Assembly: GCF_009914755.1 (NCBI RefSeq)
Contig: NC_060929.1
Source: the human T2T-CHM13v2.0 reference genome, Homo sapiens
Strand: one strand, 5' to 3'
DNA: 64,000 bases
The notes beneath the pieces were generated by a model that was not told where the DNA came from, searched no databases, and saw only the letters and a program-made list of their open reading frames with translations. This document shows positions 1-14,832 of the stretch, one piece after another (positions within the stretch are counted from its first letter, which is position 1; every line of letters starts with the position of its first letter). The translations under genes and the position numbers were made by a program.

Positions 1-849
1 AATATTTAAGAAAAAAGTGATTGGGAGATTTCTGCTACCAAAGAAGAGTACTGTAGGAAGATGAAGGCCAATATTTGTTTCAAGAACCAGAAAACTATTT
101 CACATAAATGACAAGAATTGTGGGTTTTTTTGTGGTATCCAAGATCTGTAGAAATGATCATGACTTGTTGAACTAAAATTAAAAAGAAAAAGAAACTTTC
201 TGGATTGAGCTAATTGTTATTGGCTAGTTTTTCCAACCTGGGGACGCTGGTCACACCTGGGCAGGAGCTAAAGGTCTAGCTTAGTTGAGGCAGAGGTCCG
301 TTGCCAGGGGACAGATGCCAGCAAAGCTCTAAGTGTTAGAGGAGGGCTGGAGAAAAAAACTAAAATCTCAAGGGCTTTCAAGCATACTACCAAGATTATC
401 AGTGGTAGTTTCCTGAGTTCTGGAGCACAGAGAAGACTTAAGAGTGGCCAATCTTTCAAACTGGCAGAATAAAATCTCCAGTAGTCATTAGATGCCCAGA
501 AAACAAAGACATGCTAAGAGTGGTGCTTCCAACGTATTCACTGTTGTATCCCTTGTAAAATATTTGCTGGAATTTGCAGCAGTGTGTGGTGACAAGTGGA
601 GAAATGGCCTGGGAATATCACAGGGTATCACTGAATCTTCCTTCATGGCTGAGGTGAGGGTGCCTTCATACTCACAGTCAAAAGTCTAGGTGGGTACCAC
701 TCTAGAAAGAACAGCAAACCAGAAAATTCTTACTAAGCCTGCAATCCATTCCAATCCAGCTCCATATTTGATGGGATTGGAATGATAACTAGATTGTATT
801 GCCTAACAGTTAAGGTCCTAGACATTGTAGTGTGAACAATAGGGGGAGA

Positions 850-2372
850 AAAACATAAGAATTGGAAAAGAAGGGTAAAAACTGTTATTAATCACAGAGT
901 ATGTGATGGTACACTATGTAAAATTCAAAATAATTTAAAGACAAATGTTAGAATCCGAAAGTGAATTTTCTAGGGTTGCTGGCGTAATGACCATATGACA
1001 AAATGCACATTTCTAAGTAAAGAATGGCTGAAATATTAAAACAAAAATTAGAAAATATTCTTAAGTGGATTATAGTGAAAATAATGTACTGAAATAAATG
1101 GCATAAAGCTAAAGAAGTGCTTATGGAAAAATTCATGGCCATAAAAGCTATATATTTTCAAAAAACATAGGCTAAAATTAAATTACTTAAGATTTCACCA
1201 TAAGAAACTAAGCAAAAAACAGCAAAACATGTTTATAGAAAGTAGAAGAAAATAAATAATAAAGATAAGAACAGACCAATTAAATTGAATACAAATTGAA
1301 AAGATATATTTATAGCAGCATCAAAAATATAACATGCTGAGAAATAAATCCAAGAAAACATATTTAGGGCTCTATCTTGAGAACTATAAAACTCAACAAA
1401 TATAAGAATACTTAAAGAAATTGAGTATATATCACACAAATAGATGGAAAGACTTGATATTTTAAAGATGGAAATGATCTATAAATTAGAGTACAGTATA
1501 TGCAATCATTATCAAAATGCCAGAAATATACAGTTTGTATGTCTGTGTGTAAATTGATGAGCTGATTCCTAAATTTGTATGGTGTTTTAGAAGGCAAACA
1601 TTTTCATGGCAGCCTCAAAGTAGAACAAAGCAGAAAGACTCACAATAACAAATATCAAACTGAGTAATGGAAAAGAATTGAAAGTCTATAAATAGATCAA
1701 TATACATGTGTTTACCTGATTTATCAAAAAGACAACACTCTGTTACAGTGGGGAAAAGCCAATCTTTTTGGTACATTGTGTTAGGTATATTGGCTATGAA
1801 TGTGGACAAACACATTTCTGATTGTCTAGCAGTTCTACTCCTGAGTGAATGCTGAATAGAAATGGAAGCATATTTATACATACACACAGCACATGCACAC
1901 CCACACATACACACAACATTGTCTAAATGTATTTATCGCAGCTTCATTCATGATAAACAAAGAAAAGAAAGCTACTCAAATGCTTATTTATAGCATGTAG
2001 ATAGAGCTACATTTATAGAATCTGACACTAAGCATTAATGAAAATAATGTAAAACCACATGGAGAATGAATCTTATAAAAACAATATTGAGAGGAAAAAC
2101 ACCCAGACAGAAGACTACTGACCCTCTGATTTCATTCACAGAAAGGACAAAGGCAGGCAAAATCAATCTGGGCTGTTAGAGGTCAGGAAAATCGTTACCC
2201 CTGGAAGGTAGAATGTGGGAAAGGGCACAAGGTGAACCAACTGTTGTGGGTTATGTTCTATTTCTTGATCTCAATGCTAGTTTCCCAGGTGTGCTCAGTG
2301 TGTTAAAATTCACTGGTCTGTTCATTGAGGATATATGCACTTTTTTGTATGTATATTATACTTCCGTAAAAG
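850..2372 (+). mobile_element. Old L1 (L1ME-like) fragments including the 3' end
   Basis: A-rich ORF2 remnants and an L1ME-type 3' end (ggcaaaatcaatct...gttctatttcttgatct...tgtatattatacttc). Confidence 0.65.
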
Positions 2373-2494
2373 GTTATACAAATAAAAATGATTGGTCAAT
2401 TTTCCTGCAAGTAGATTTCTCGATACTTTCAAATTTTCCTTCTGTATGTGCAGAAACCCAATTGGAGAAAAACACATATTATTTTTTTACTAAA

Positions 2495-2714
2495 AGTTCT
2501 CAAATGGAGTGATTTTGTACCAAAGGGAACATATGGTCATGTTTAAGTCAGTTTTTGATTGTCTCTACTAGAGGGGTATGAGGGAGGGAAATATTGGTAA
2601 CTCTTGAGTAGAGGCCAGGAATGTGGTTCAGCATCCTGAAATGCACAGAACAACCCCCACAAAAAAAGAATTATTTGACCCAGAATGTCAATACACAAAG
2701 GTTGAGTAACCTTG
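2495..2714 (+). mobile_element. MER20 (hAT-Charlie) DNA transposon fossil
   Basis: gtagaggccagga...aatgcacagaacaacccccacaa...aattat..gacccagaatgtcaata...ggttgag..accttg. Confidence 0.75.
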
Positions 2715-3899
2715 ACTTAAATGAGATGGACTTTACTAAATGCATGTTAAGTAAAGCAATGAAGTTTTCTTTAACTCTATTCTATTGCTGATGGTAATTC
2801 CCAGGATGCTATCTTTTAAGACACCCTGTATGTCACATGCTTTTTGCCATATGCTTCTTGACAAAATCTTGCTTCTCCTCAGCTTTTAATTCCCTGATTA
2901 TTAATTAACCTTCACGACAGCAAGTTAATTGCAAATATGCACTAATACTATATTTTTTCCTTCTTCTTCTTACCCAACTTTATCTGCAGAAGATATTCTT
3001 TCCTTAGGCTGAAAAGAAAGCCAAATTAAGAAGGAAAACAAGTAAAATTTTGGTTAAGATAAGATAAATAGACATGTAGGCTATTTTTAGCTTCCAACCA
3101 CCTGGATGACCAAAATCTCTTAAAACTCTTCTCAGTTCTACTCTCCTAGTTCCATCTCCATGAGAGAAAAAACAAAAACAAACAAACAAAAAACTTAAAA
3201 GTTTCAGGCAAGATTTTCCTGAATCTAGCAAAATTTTTTCTTTTTGAAGTTTGTGAGAAGTATTTTTGTATTAAAAATTTAAATTATTTGAGGACATTTC
3301 CAGGAAAAATGTCTAAATATCAGTCAAAACTAGGCACTTCCCCGCTCAGTTTTAAGTATTAAGAAAGCTCTTCTAGTCACAAAACTATCTATCTTTTTAA
3401 TTTCACCTATCACAGTCTCGGATTCTCCTCACTCAGCCTACTAAGGCTATGCAGTAGATTACAATAGATTACAAGTTGTGGTGATTTTTAGTGCTATTTG
3501 ATGTCAATTAACTTAAAAGACCAGAGATTCTTACAAATCACTTTCCTTTTTACCACGTCATAAATTCCTGGAGATGATTTTATGAAAGAAAGTATAATCC
3601 AGTATGAATAAAAGTACACATTTATTACTTGTTATGAAAATATTCTAAACTACAATTATAAACTCACTTGTATGCTGTTTGGTTTGGAGAATAAGCAGAA
3701 GATTTATGAGACACACAACATCAGCAAAGGGATTATGGAGAGAGGAAGAGCAAATGTTCATTCCCCCCTTAGGTTGTCCACCAAACTACCTGGAACCAGG
3801 AATGCAGTGACATGAGTGACATATATATGAGAAGTGATTTCAATCACTTCTCAAGCTGGCACAGGCCATTGTTCTACATAGTAACCATTTTCTATAATT

Positions 3900-5180
3900 T
3901 TTCTGATGCAGTTAATTTTTGATGTTTTTCTAATAGGATTGTGGTAAATAGTTTGCAAAACCACTTGCAATTGGTAATTTCCAGGCTGTGGGGAGAGATG
4001 TGGTACTTACACCTATGAGGCATAGCTTAGATAGAGAAGGGCCTCCGAAATCAGTTCTCACTGGACATGGAAGAGCCTGTTGGGAAACATGGGGCAGCCA
4101 CTGGGGCTGACTAAAGTACTGGGAGCCTGCTTCCCTGGAAGATGCAACTGACATGGTGATGGACCTGGCAGGTGGGGAAGGCACTTGAGATAAAGGAAAA
4201 GCACTGGTGTGACCACCAGATCTCCCAGCACAACCTCCAACAAAATTTGCAGCTTGACAGTCTGTGGAAACATCTTACTGAATTAGATCTTGAGTTGTAG
4301 GATTCTTTTCAGAGGTTCACAACCAATTTCGAGCACTTCCAGGACACTGAGTAATTGATTTAAAAAGCTGAGGTTCTGTGGCATATAAGTGGACCACTCA
4401 CAAAGTTATACCTACAATTAGATGTCCTAGCAAGGTAGCTGGAAGAAAGATAAGCAAACCTTGTTGACTGGCAACAATACTTCACAGCGAAATGTTCTTA
4501 GTCTTTCTCAAACCATTCAATTCCTCCAAGGGAGCACTAATCATCTGCAGAGCCAGCTGGAGGAATTGAAGGCATTTGACATTACCACAAGAAACCAGAA
4601 GAAACATTGCTAGTAGAAACTGGTGCACAACTACTCAGATCTATGCCACGTATCTGCCTATTCATATTTCTGCCCTATTCATATTTCTCTTTATAAATAA
4701 TGAGAAAACATCTCTGTAAATAAGATTAGTTGCAGAGGTCACTGGGAATTGTTGAGAAGTTTCAGTGAAAAACTTGGAAGAAAATTACAGCCAGAAAAAG
4801 TCAAAAGGTTTTTTTGGTGTCAAGACTTGTTTAGTCTACTGGTATGACATGACCAAAGTCAGGAAGATTGCTGATTTTGCTCTCTGAGAGAAGAATTACC
4901 TCTGGGTTTATTTTCTGTTCATGGTGCCTCACAAGGAACAACTCTGTGTCACAAAAGTAGGCAGTGGCGTGAATGGTAATGACAATTGGACAGGTGATGT
5001 CCTGGACTTTGGGTAATATTCTCTTCTTATTGTATGAGGTCACAGAGAAGAATACTGCTATGCTCACAAAGTGATACTGAATTCCCTTATCTTTGTAAGC
5101 AGGCAAGCTGTTTGGGAATTTTTCTTCATTTCGCTATTAATTGCCTTTTGCTCTGAGAAGAAGCCATTAGATAGGATATT
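3900..5180 (+). pseudogene. Putative highly decayed intronless TRIM-family (RING, B-box, coiled coil, PRY/SPRY) retrocopy
   Basis: Manual translation gives motif remnants in TRIM order across frameshifts and stops: C-x9-DCG (3907-45), GLRNQ, KHG/QPLGL (4085-4109), heptad-rich IKEK...HLTELDLEL*DSFQRFTTNFEHF...LQSQLEELK (4190-4575), SAYSYF..NNEK (~4653-4710), GDVLDFG (4993-5013), YEVTEKN (5033-53), VWEFF...KPL. Not confirmed by a search. Confidence 0.45.
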
Positions 5181-5515
5181 TTTACTCCTTATTCTTTTAG
5201 TATTTATGAAAGGCAGAGACAACATTTTTCCATTCTCACCATTAACAGGCTGATTTTCTGGTCCCAGGTGATAACAAACACCTGATTAATTACCACCTTC
5301 ATCAGTATAAACTGCATTTGCCATGTAAGAATGAAGATTTATTCATTGAGTCATGCCCTGCCTTGAAACCACAGCTAGTGCCATATTTATTTACAATAAT
5401 CACTCTACTCAGTCCCCTGTGTGACTTTCCTTTAGTTATAAGAAAAAGTAAATATTTATTAAAAAATATGTAAAAATATATCACTTATTCTGAGAATGAA
5501 AAGTCATTCAGGACC

Positions 5516-5598
5516 TATTTTGTTAGTAGAAAAGTAATTACGTGTTTTGCCATTAAGAGTAATGACAAACCCACAATAACTTTTGCATCAACCTAATA
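5516..5598. mobile_element. MADE1 (Hsmar1-derived MITE), ~80-bp imperfect palindrome
   Basis: aaaagtaattacgtgttttgccatta...taatgacaaacccacaataacttttgcatcaacctaata. Confidence 0.85.
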
Positions 5599-6861
5599 AA
5601 CCAACTTGAGGACCTACCTGATTCTTCCTTCTCTCTCTTTCACTAAGCAGTTCTGTTTCTCTAGATGACTTTACTATCGTATTCACTCATTTAGAACAAG
5701 CAATTCGTCTTACTTTCTAGTTAAAGAAAAAGTTTATCTCATCAGCTGAGCTAATTACCATGATCCTTCCCAAACAGACCAATTATTCCAGACCTTGTGG
5801 TTTTCTAGGCCCCATTGTTTATCTTGGTCTAGTCAGTAACCAAGCCTGATCTGCTTCTTGAGACCTTGGCATTTGGGGAAAGAACCTTTTCTCAGAAAAC
5901 TTTAGATATGGTAAACTCCACCTGTGATATGTTCAGTCAGCTAGGACACAAAGAAGCATCCTGTGTCCAAATGTAGCTGAAGATCTGTGTGTGTGTGACA
6001 CAAATATCCACAGCTGAATGAATTTTTTAAAGTGCAATTCACCAACCAAGGTCTAAGTGTGAAATTAGCATACATTTATATCAATGAATTTTAATAAAAG
6101 TGCTTGTATACAAGAGATGTAAGCTGGTAACTTCCTTCATAAGCTTAATTATTCTATAATTACTTTGGTGGGAAAGTAAAGTATTTTCTCTGTGTTGTAA
6201 AAGAGGATTCTCACTTCCTCAGGTTTCAGCTTTTTCTAGGGAGCCTTTATTATATAATTTGAGATCGGGCTATAGCTATGACATACTCATTCTAAGTATT
6301 GGCATCCAAAAAGGAAGAGAAAGGCAAATATTAGTTATTTCTTAAGAAAGATTCCTGGAAGCTGCCATAGGACACCTATATTATATCCTACTGAGTGAAA
6401 CTGGGACATTTGGGGACACTTAGCTTCAAGAAAGGCTGGGAAATGTAATATTTATTCTGAGTGATCTGATGACAACCTGAAACTCTAGATTTTTGTAAAG
6501 TTAGGAAAAGGCTATAAAGAATATTGAGGGATAATGATCACTCCATCACAAGAGTCAATGTTACATGAATAGTTACCATTAATAATATCTGTAGTAGTAA
6601 AAGTATAAATAACAGTGACATTAATTTTATAATTTTCCTCAAAAATATAGGTGAATGAAAGTATATTTTAGAAACTGAAAGTTGATGAAATTGTGAGAGG
6701 CTTACCAGGCTTGTGGCTTTTGCACTTGGAAATTCCTTTTTTTTTTTTTCTTTTGGCAACTCTACAGGATGGACCCCATTAAAGAAAATTTCTCTGTGTT
6801 TACACAAAAATTCTACAAAAATGATGGTCTTTTATGTCGGTCCTTGTACATTGATATTGCT

Positions 6862-7249
6862 TTTATTAGTCTGTTCTGCTAAAAAAGAACTACCTGAGAC
6901 TGCTTAATTTATAAAGAAAAGAGGTTTCATTGACTTACTGTTCTGTAAGGATCTGCTTTTGGGGATCTCTCAGGAAACTTACAATCATGGCGGATGGTGA
7001 AGGGGAAGCAAGCACATACCCACATAGCTGTCAGTTGAGAGAGAGAGAGAGTGAAAAGGGAGATGCTAAACATTTTCAAACAACCAGATCTCCTGAGACC
7101 TCTATCACGAGATCGCTGGAGAGGTATGGTGTTAAACCATTAGAAACCACCCCTATGATTCAATCACCTCCTCCCAGGCCCCACCTCCAACAATGGGGAT
7201 TTCAATTCAACATGAAACTTAGGTGGGGACACAGAGCCAAACCATATCA
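6862..7249 (-). mobile_element. MaLR solo LTR (MSTA/MSTB-like)
   Basis: tattagtctgttct...aaacttacaatcatggcg...gggacacagagccaaaccatatca. Confidence 0.8.
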
Positions 7250-8183
7250 CTGCTGAACACAAATTAATGACCATACCCAACCTCCCAGTAGCTGTGCTGA
7301 AGTTCAAGGAACAAGTAAAATTTGAAAATGGTATTCTACTGGTATGACTTTACTCCTCATAGCAACATCTTCTACAGATTATTCTGATTTCAGTAATTTA
7401 TAAGGTATTTCAATACTGTTAATCACGCTTAAAAAATAGATTTCTCCAAAAAGAACACATTCTTTAGAGCAGTGCATTTTTTGAGACTACTGGAAAAGGT
7501 TGTGTTTATGTACTCGCATCAGGGTACAAAAATGTAACAAATCCTATAGAATAAAATAATCATCTACACCTATTATTTGTTATATTTCTTAGCTTAATTA
7601 AAAAATGAGTACTAGTCAGAAGTAGCCTGTATTTATTCAGTGATTTATCTAAAATTAAGTTTATTGTCATTATAGTTACAGTTTCATTAACAGGAAGAAA
7701 AATCTTATCCTCTGTTCTTTGTGTGAGGAAAGAATACGTTTAACGTAATTGTCTTGGGTAGAGGAGGCAGTCAGTTGGGAGTGTTTAGCCGCATTATACA
7801 TGATGCCTCTATGAATTATTTTAAGGATGAATTAGAACACTGGCATGGAAAATATAGTCATCAATAAAAGTTTTCAAAGCTCATGATTGATTTTCTCTCT
7901 TTTTGTGTATATGTTTATTGTGTGAAAATAATAGCCTATAACAATTTTAATATTTTTTCTGGCCAAATTATAGACATGGAGTGGTTTTGATTGGTGTAGG
8001 GTGTCAGGAACAATTTTGGAGAAATTTGAGCTAAAATACTGAAATAGTGGAAATATAAATTAAATAATGGCCAAGGAGACTATTCAAGAAAAACATGTAT
8101 AGAGATTGCTTTTCTCATTTGCCTTTGGTTTATTGGTTTGTGTCTTAGTTTATGAAGTGGTGTTATTTGTATAGGTGTTTTTC

Positions 8184-8206
8184 TGCATGCATGCATGCAT
8201 GCATGC
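8184..8206. repeat. (TGCA)n palindromic microsatellite
   Basis: tgcatgcatgcatgcatgcatgc. Confidence 0.95.
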
Positions 8207-9949
8207 TTGGTGGGAGTTTGTGTTTAAATAGAAAAATATATCTGCAGATTTTGAACTGAACACTTAAGAATGAATGAAAATCCTGTGTCTACTTTCTTTG
8301 GAATGGGATGCAACATTTGAATAGTTGCCACAGAGGGTCAAGGTCAAGGAGCCAGTTTCATAGGGATTTAATTATTTGTTTAGTTAAACAATTTCAAAAG
8401 GATCTTGTAAGGAAAAATATTAAGGGATTTTAAGGTACATTTGAAAGAACAAATATGTTGGGGCGTCTCTCTAACTGCCATTTTCTTACCTAAAATGTGT
8501 GAAAACATTTTCCTTATCAATGTATCAGTTGATAGACATTTGGGTTGTTGTCACTTTGGCTATTGTGAATAATGCTGTAGCATGTCTACAATAGTCAAAC
8601 TCATCAAAACAGAAAATAGAATTTTAGCTTCTGGGGCTGAGAGGAGAGAAAGAATGGGAGTTGTTATAGTGGACATAGAGTTTCAGTTTTGCAAGAGGGA
8701 AAAGTTCTAGAGCTCTTTTGCACGACAATGTTAATATAGTTACCATTACTGAACTGTACACTCAAAAATAGTTCAGAAGGTAAAGTTTATGTTATGTGGT
8801 CTTTGTCATGATTTTTCAAACAGTAAAAAATTATTTCATGCTTCATATATGTTGAAAATCAAAATTTGAAGAGCATTCTTAAACAGTTGAGATTAAGATT
8901 AATGCTATTACTATGACAATCTAATTTCAGACACAGCAATTCCCTCTTTAGTTGCTTGAATAAGAAAAAGATCTGACACTGATGTACTGTTGAGGCAGGG
9001 GAGGATGAAGTAGAACTCAGCAGTTTGAATAGATTTTTCATGTTTTGAGTGAAAGGCTCCAATTTGTTCTTTAATCTTCGTAGTAACATACTGTCATCTT
9101 AATGAAAATCTGATCTCCATATTGATGCATTGTTCAGTAACTGTTTCTTCAGTTGGAGACTTATATTGAGTGGAGAGAAATGTAAGTTAAAAAAAATCAC
9201 AAGAGTACATACATCTTATTAATATTTTTAGTTAAAGTGCATGTGTTTGTGTGTGTGTGTGTGTTTATATTTTAATTTCCAACCCCTACTAATTTGAACC
9301 TCTATCTAGAGGAATAGTGATCTCTCTGGGTTTGAGATTTTGAGTGCATATATTTTGAAGAGCATCTTTTAAGACAGATTAACTGAATGAGCTAATCCAG
9401 TTAGAACAGTTTGTATTGGTTTTGTAGTGTCCTCCCATATTAAAGTAATGCCAAATGACATGACAAGGACTATGACCTTCCTCAGAGACTGGAGTTAATC
9501 ATTTGTAATTCATTGAGCTGTAGAAACAATCACATAAGAGATTGCATAATATGTACATTGGGAAAAAAGTAGGGAAACAGGATAACATCATAAGTTATGG
9601 AAATAACATAAATTGTTACTAAATATTTTCCATATTAAGCATTTGATGAAGCACAGCGAAAAATTAGGCACTTAATAAAAGCATTGCTAACAGTGGCATG
9701 GCAATTATGTGTTCACATTAACTTTCAAACACTTTAGACCTATTATAAATTAGTTTTTGATTTGACCTATATTTAAAGTGTAAAACATATTTCGATTAAA
9801 GACAAATTGTATAAAATTTAATGTAATTATTTACTTCTAAGAACATCAGGTGACAAGACGTGACTGAGATTATTTTATTCTTATTGCAGGGGATGGGAAG
9901 CATGAGAGGATATCTACCAAATCAATTAAATCTGGTTTTTGGCAAATAG

Positions 9950-10325
<376 letters not shown>

Positions 10326-11243
10326 CGATTTGTTTGAGAGACATAAACAAAATTTTGTTATGACTAAGATCTCTGTCTGTTTACAGAGATCTGGACAGTA
10401 TCAAGAGGACTCACAAGAACGTTGAAATATCCAGGGCATATAAAAAATGTGAAGCTTTTTATACCACCCTTAGGCCTGCAGAGGCAGGAAGCAAACATCT
10501 TGTTACTAGATCGTGAAGTAAGGTAAGTAATGATATAGATCCTGAGGTGGTCTATGAAGATGGGAGAATTGGAGAGGAGATGGTTCTAATAGTTCTTGCC
10601 TTTGTCTCTGATCTGTAACTCTGATTGACTGAACCCAAGACGAAGCCAGAGATCAAGCACATTTGGGCTGATGCTCTCTGGCGGAGTCAAGGTATCTTTC
10701 GAGGTAGAGCAGAGTAGAGAAAGTTGAACATAACCTAGAGAAAGCAATTGAAAATTAACTCCCAAATACAATGCTACATTATGTTCTTCTAGAATATAAA
10801 GACAACATGTTACATAATGACATTTTTCATCAATATATCTCATTGAAACAGAATGTCTAATTAAGATGAGAACATATGCTTTTAAATTCACTTAGAGATC
10901 ATTCTGAGTAAGTACAGCATTTTGCAGCTTCATTACTATAGTGACTAACAAATGAAAATTGAAGATTTTAAGAGGCAAGAAAATAAATGATCAACATTAT
11001 AAGTGTTACATTTAAACAACCTGTGGCAGCACTATAGTGCTGGAGTGGTCAATAAACTGTATGAAGTTTAAGATTCAAATACTGTTTGTGTAAGAAAGGG
11101 AAGGCTGTATGCTTTTATTATCAATGTATGTGTGGCAGGAAGAGTAAAAGGTAATATTTGAAAAAAATAATTTTGAAACTATATCCCAAATTTCATATTA
11201 TAGAATTTATATATCTCTAAGATTTTCTTAATAACTGGAGAGT

Positions 11244-11596
<353 letters not shown>

Positions 11597-12106
11597 TTAA
11601 ATTTCCAATTTAGAAGCCTGAGAGTTGTAAAAAAGCATAGTTATTAAAATAATTACAGAAAATTGAGCATAATATTTTTTATTTTCCAATCCCCTAAAAC
11701 TAATAATTGATTTTTCTCAAATACTTGGCTTTACATTATTAAAATAAATTATATTGAATTGCCTTGACACATAGATAAATAAATTATAATGTTTCTAAAT
11801 TATGTTACTTTCTTATAAAGTATTCCTGATAAAATACCTAATAACTTTCATGATTTATTTGAGATATAAACAAAATTTTGTTATGACTAAGATCAGAAGA
11901 AAAGTAAAGATTCTTATAGTTGACCCAAATAATTGCATAAATTACTAAAAAAAGCATTAAAAGCTGAAGTAACAATTCATGCTAAACTCCAATCACTTTT
12001 TGACTGTGATAAAAGTGATTGTTAACATCTGTACAGTTCATATAAAAGACATCAATACTTGTAGCCAACGATTAAAGGTATTGAAGTGATAAGAAAAGGA
12101 CTATAG

Positions 12107-12593
12107 ATCATGCTGCTATAAAGACACATGCACACGTATGTTTACTGCAGCACTCTTCACAATAGCAAAGAATTGGAACCAACCCAAATGTCCAACAATG
12201 ATAGACTGGATTAAGAAAATGTGGCACATATACACCATGGAATACTATGCAGCCATAAAAAATGATGAGTTCATGTCCTTTGTAGGGACATGGATGAAAT
12301 TGGAAATCATCATTCTCAGTAAACTATTGCAAGGACAAAAAACCAAACACCACATGTTCTCACTCATAGGTGGGAATTGAACAATGAGAACACACGGACA
12401 CAGGAAGGGGAACATCACACTCTGGGGACTGTTGTGGAATGGAGGGAGAGGGGAGGGGGGAGGGGGAAGGGATGACGACTTAATGGGTGCAGCACACCAG
12501 CATGGCACATGTATACATATGTAACTAACCTACACATTGTGCACATGTACCCTAAAACTTAAAGTATAATAATAATAAAATTTTTAAAAAAAG
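12107..12593 (+). mobile_element. 5'-truncated young L1PA (ORF2 C-terminus plus 3'UTR)
   Basis: ORF 12138-12380 is the L1 ORF2 C-terminus (MFTAALFTIAK...MFSLIGGN); 3'UTR G-tract; cctaaaacttaaagtataataat plus A tail. Confidence 0.93.
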
Positions 12594-13254
12594 AAATTAA
12601 ACTCCTCATCTCTTTTACCTGTAATATCTAGAGTTGTTTTCAGTTAAAATATGTCATCCAGGGATAAAGCTAATTATAGCCTTTTTATGCATGCTTTTGG
12701 CATCACTGTTATTGTCAGTTTTTTTACTTATATGTACAATATTTATTGATATACAAATATTCTTTATTTGCAAATTAAATACAAAAAGTAACTTTAAATG
12801 CATCCTGCACCTCCCTCCCATGGCACTAAATTGCTCAAGCAATAATTAGTAAAATACATAGTAGCACTTTTTTAAAGTGGGAATATAAAAAAATTTCTAA
12901 CTTGAAAGAAGTAGAAAAAGGGCAGAAAGCATTCACCAGGTTAGGAAAAACACCAAGAAAAATAAAAATAACGTGAAGAAGTAGCAAATATTAATCCCTG
13001 GAAAAAATAAGCATGTGGAAATTATACAAAAATATCAGTAATTGCAATGAAAATAAAGGAATATATGTTGCCTATTAAAATGGTAGATATGTTTGACAAA
13101 TAAATACATCCTATTAGCAGATGTCAGAGTTGGGATCCAAACCCATCCCACTGGTTCCCAGAGCTGGAGCTTGTCACACTACAGCACCCTGATTGGACAG
13201 TCTCCACACTCTGGTCAACTCATCAGAGAGCTGAAAAAAGAAGGCACAGTATCA

Positions 13255-13844
<590 letters not shown>

Positions 13845-14061
13845 CCAGAAGGTTACAAATTTGCAGATATGTTGAAAAAACTCTTATTTAAAAGAAAGTT
13901 AGCAGTTAGGCAGTTATGAAATCATTAGGAATGCAGAAAATTTCTATGCACCAGATTAAAACATTGAGCTAATACTTCATAGATAATTTTAATTTACATA
14001 CACTGGAGACTATCCCAAAATATACATTTTTTTAAAAAAGACCAATTTTAAAGCAACATAA

Positions 14062-14832
14062 TGAAACCACCTTTGCAAATATTATGACAGTGAAAGAGTC
14101 TAGCATGGCTTACTCCATATCGCTTCTAGCCTCGCAAGATGGCTTTCCTCTCACATTCCTGGGCATTAAGCCAAGCTAACCATGGCAGGAATTTAGATTA
14201 TAGTTTCCCTTTGAAGCAAGGATGATAGTAGGCCCTCCCTAAACTGACTCACTCCTTGTTCAGGGACTGAAACTGCCTTTGTAAGACTAATGAAAGGCCA
14301 CATGTTAGGATTACTGGGCAGGTAGAGCAGAATGCATGCACAGCTTGCCTTTACATAATTGCTTACCACACCATAGGTCAAAAACTTTGTAACTTCCCCA
14401 CTTGTTCCTATGGATAATATCACCATTGTGAAACCCAAGGTTGGTATTTTGCAATTTTTTTTGAACTGATTACACACTGACTCTGCCTGGACCTGTGATT
14501 TATGACTCAATCCTGGACCTGGGATTCATAATTCAATCAATCTCCTGACCTTCACCCACAGTCTGATTCAGGGCATAAGCACTGTTTTCCACACCCTTAT
14601 GATTTCATCCTCAACCAATCAGTAGCACCCATTCCCTAGCCCCTTGTCTGACAAATTATCCATTAAAAAACCTAACCTCTGAATTCTTGGGGAGGCTAAT
14701 TTGAATAACAAACTCTGTCTTTCACTTGGCTAGTGCTGTGTTAATTAAACTCTCTTTGCTGCAAAAACCTGCTGTTCTCAGTGCATTAGCTTTTCTGGGC
14801 AGTGGGCAAGATAAACCAGTTGGGCTATTACA
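14062..14832 (+). mobile_element. ERV1 solo LTR (LTR8A-like) with 4-bp TSD ATAA
   Basis: TGAAACCACCTTTGCAAA...GGGCTATTACA; TG...CA ends; ATAA on both flanks. Confidence 0.85.

Noticed and set aside
4831-5106. 91-aa - strand ORF
   Set aside because: No recognisable family; better explained as the antisense of the decayed SPRY-like region.
11027-11042. 16-bp perfect palindrome CAGCACTATAGTGCTG
   Set aside because: About one is expected by chance in 64 kb.
12138-12380. 80-aa ORF with clear protein similarity
   Set aside because: C-terminus of L1 ORF2 in a 5'-truncated copy; not a host gene.
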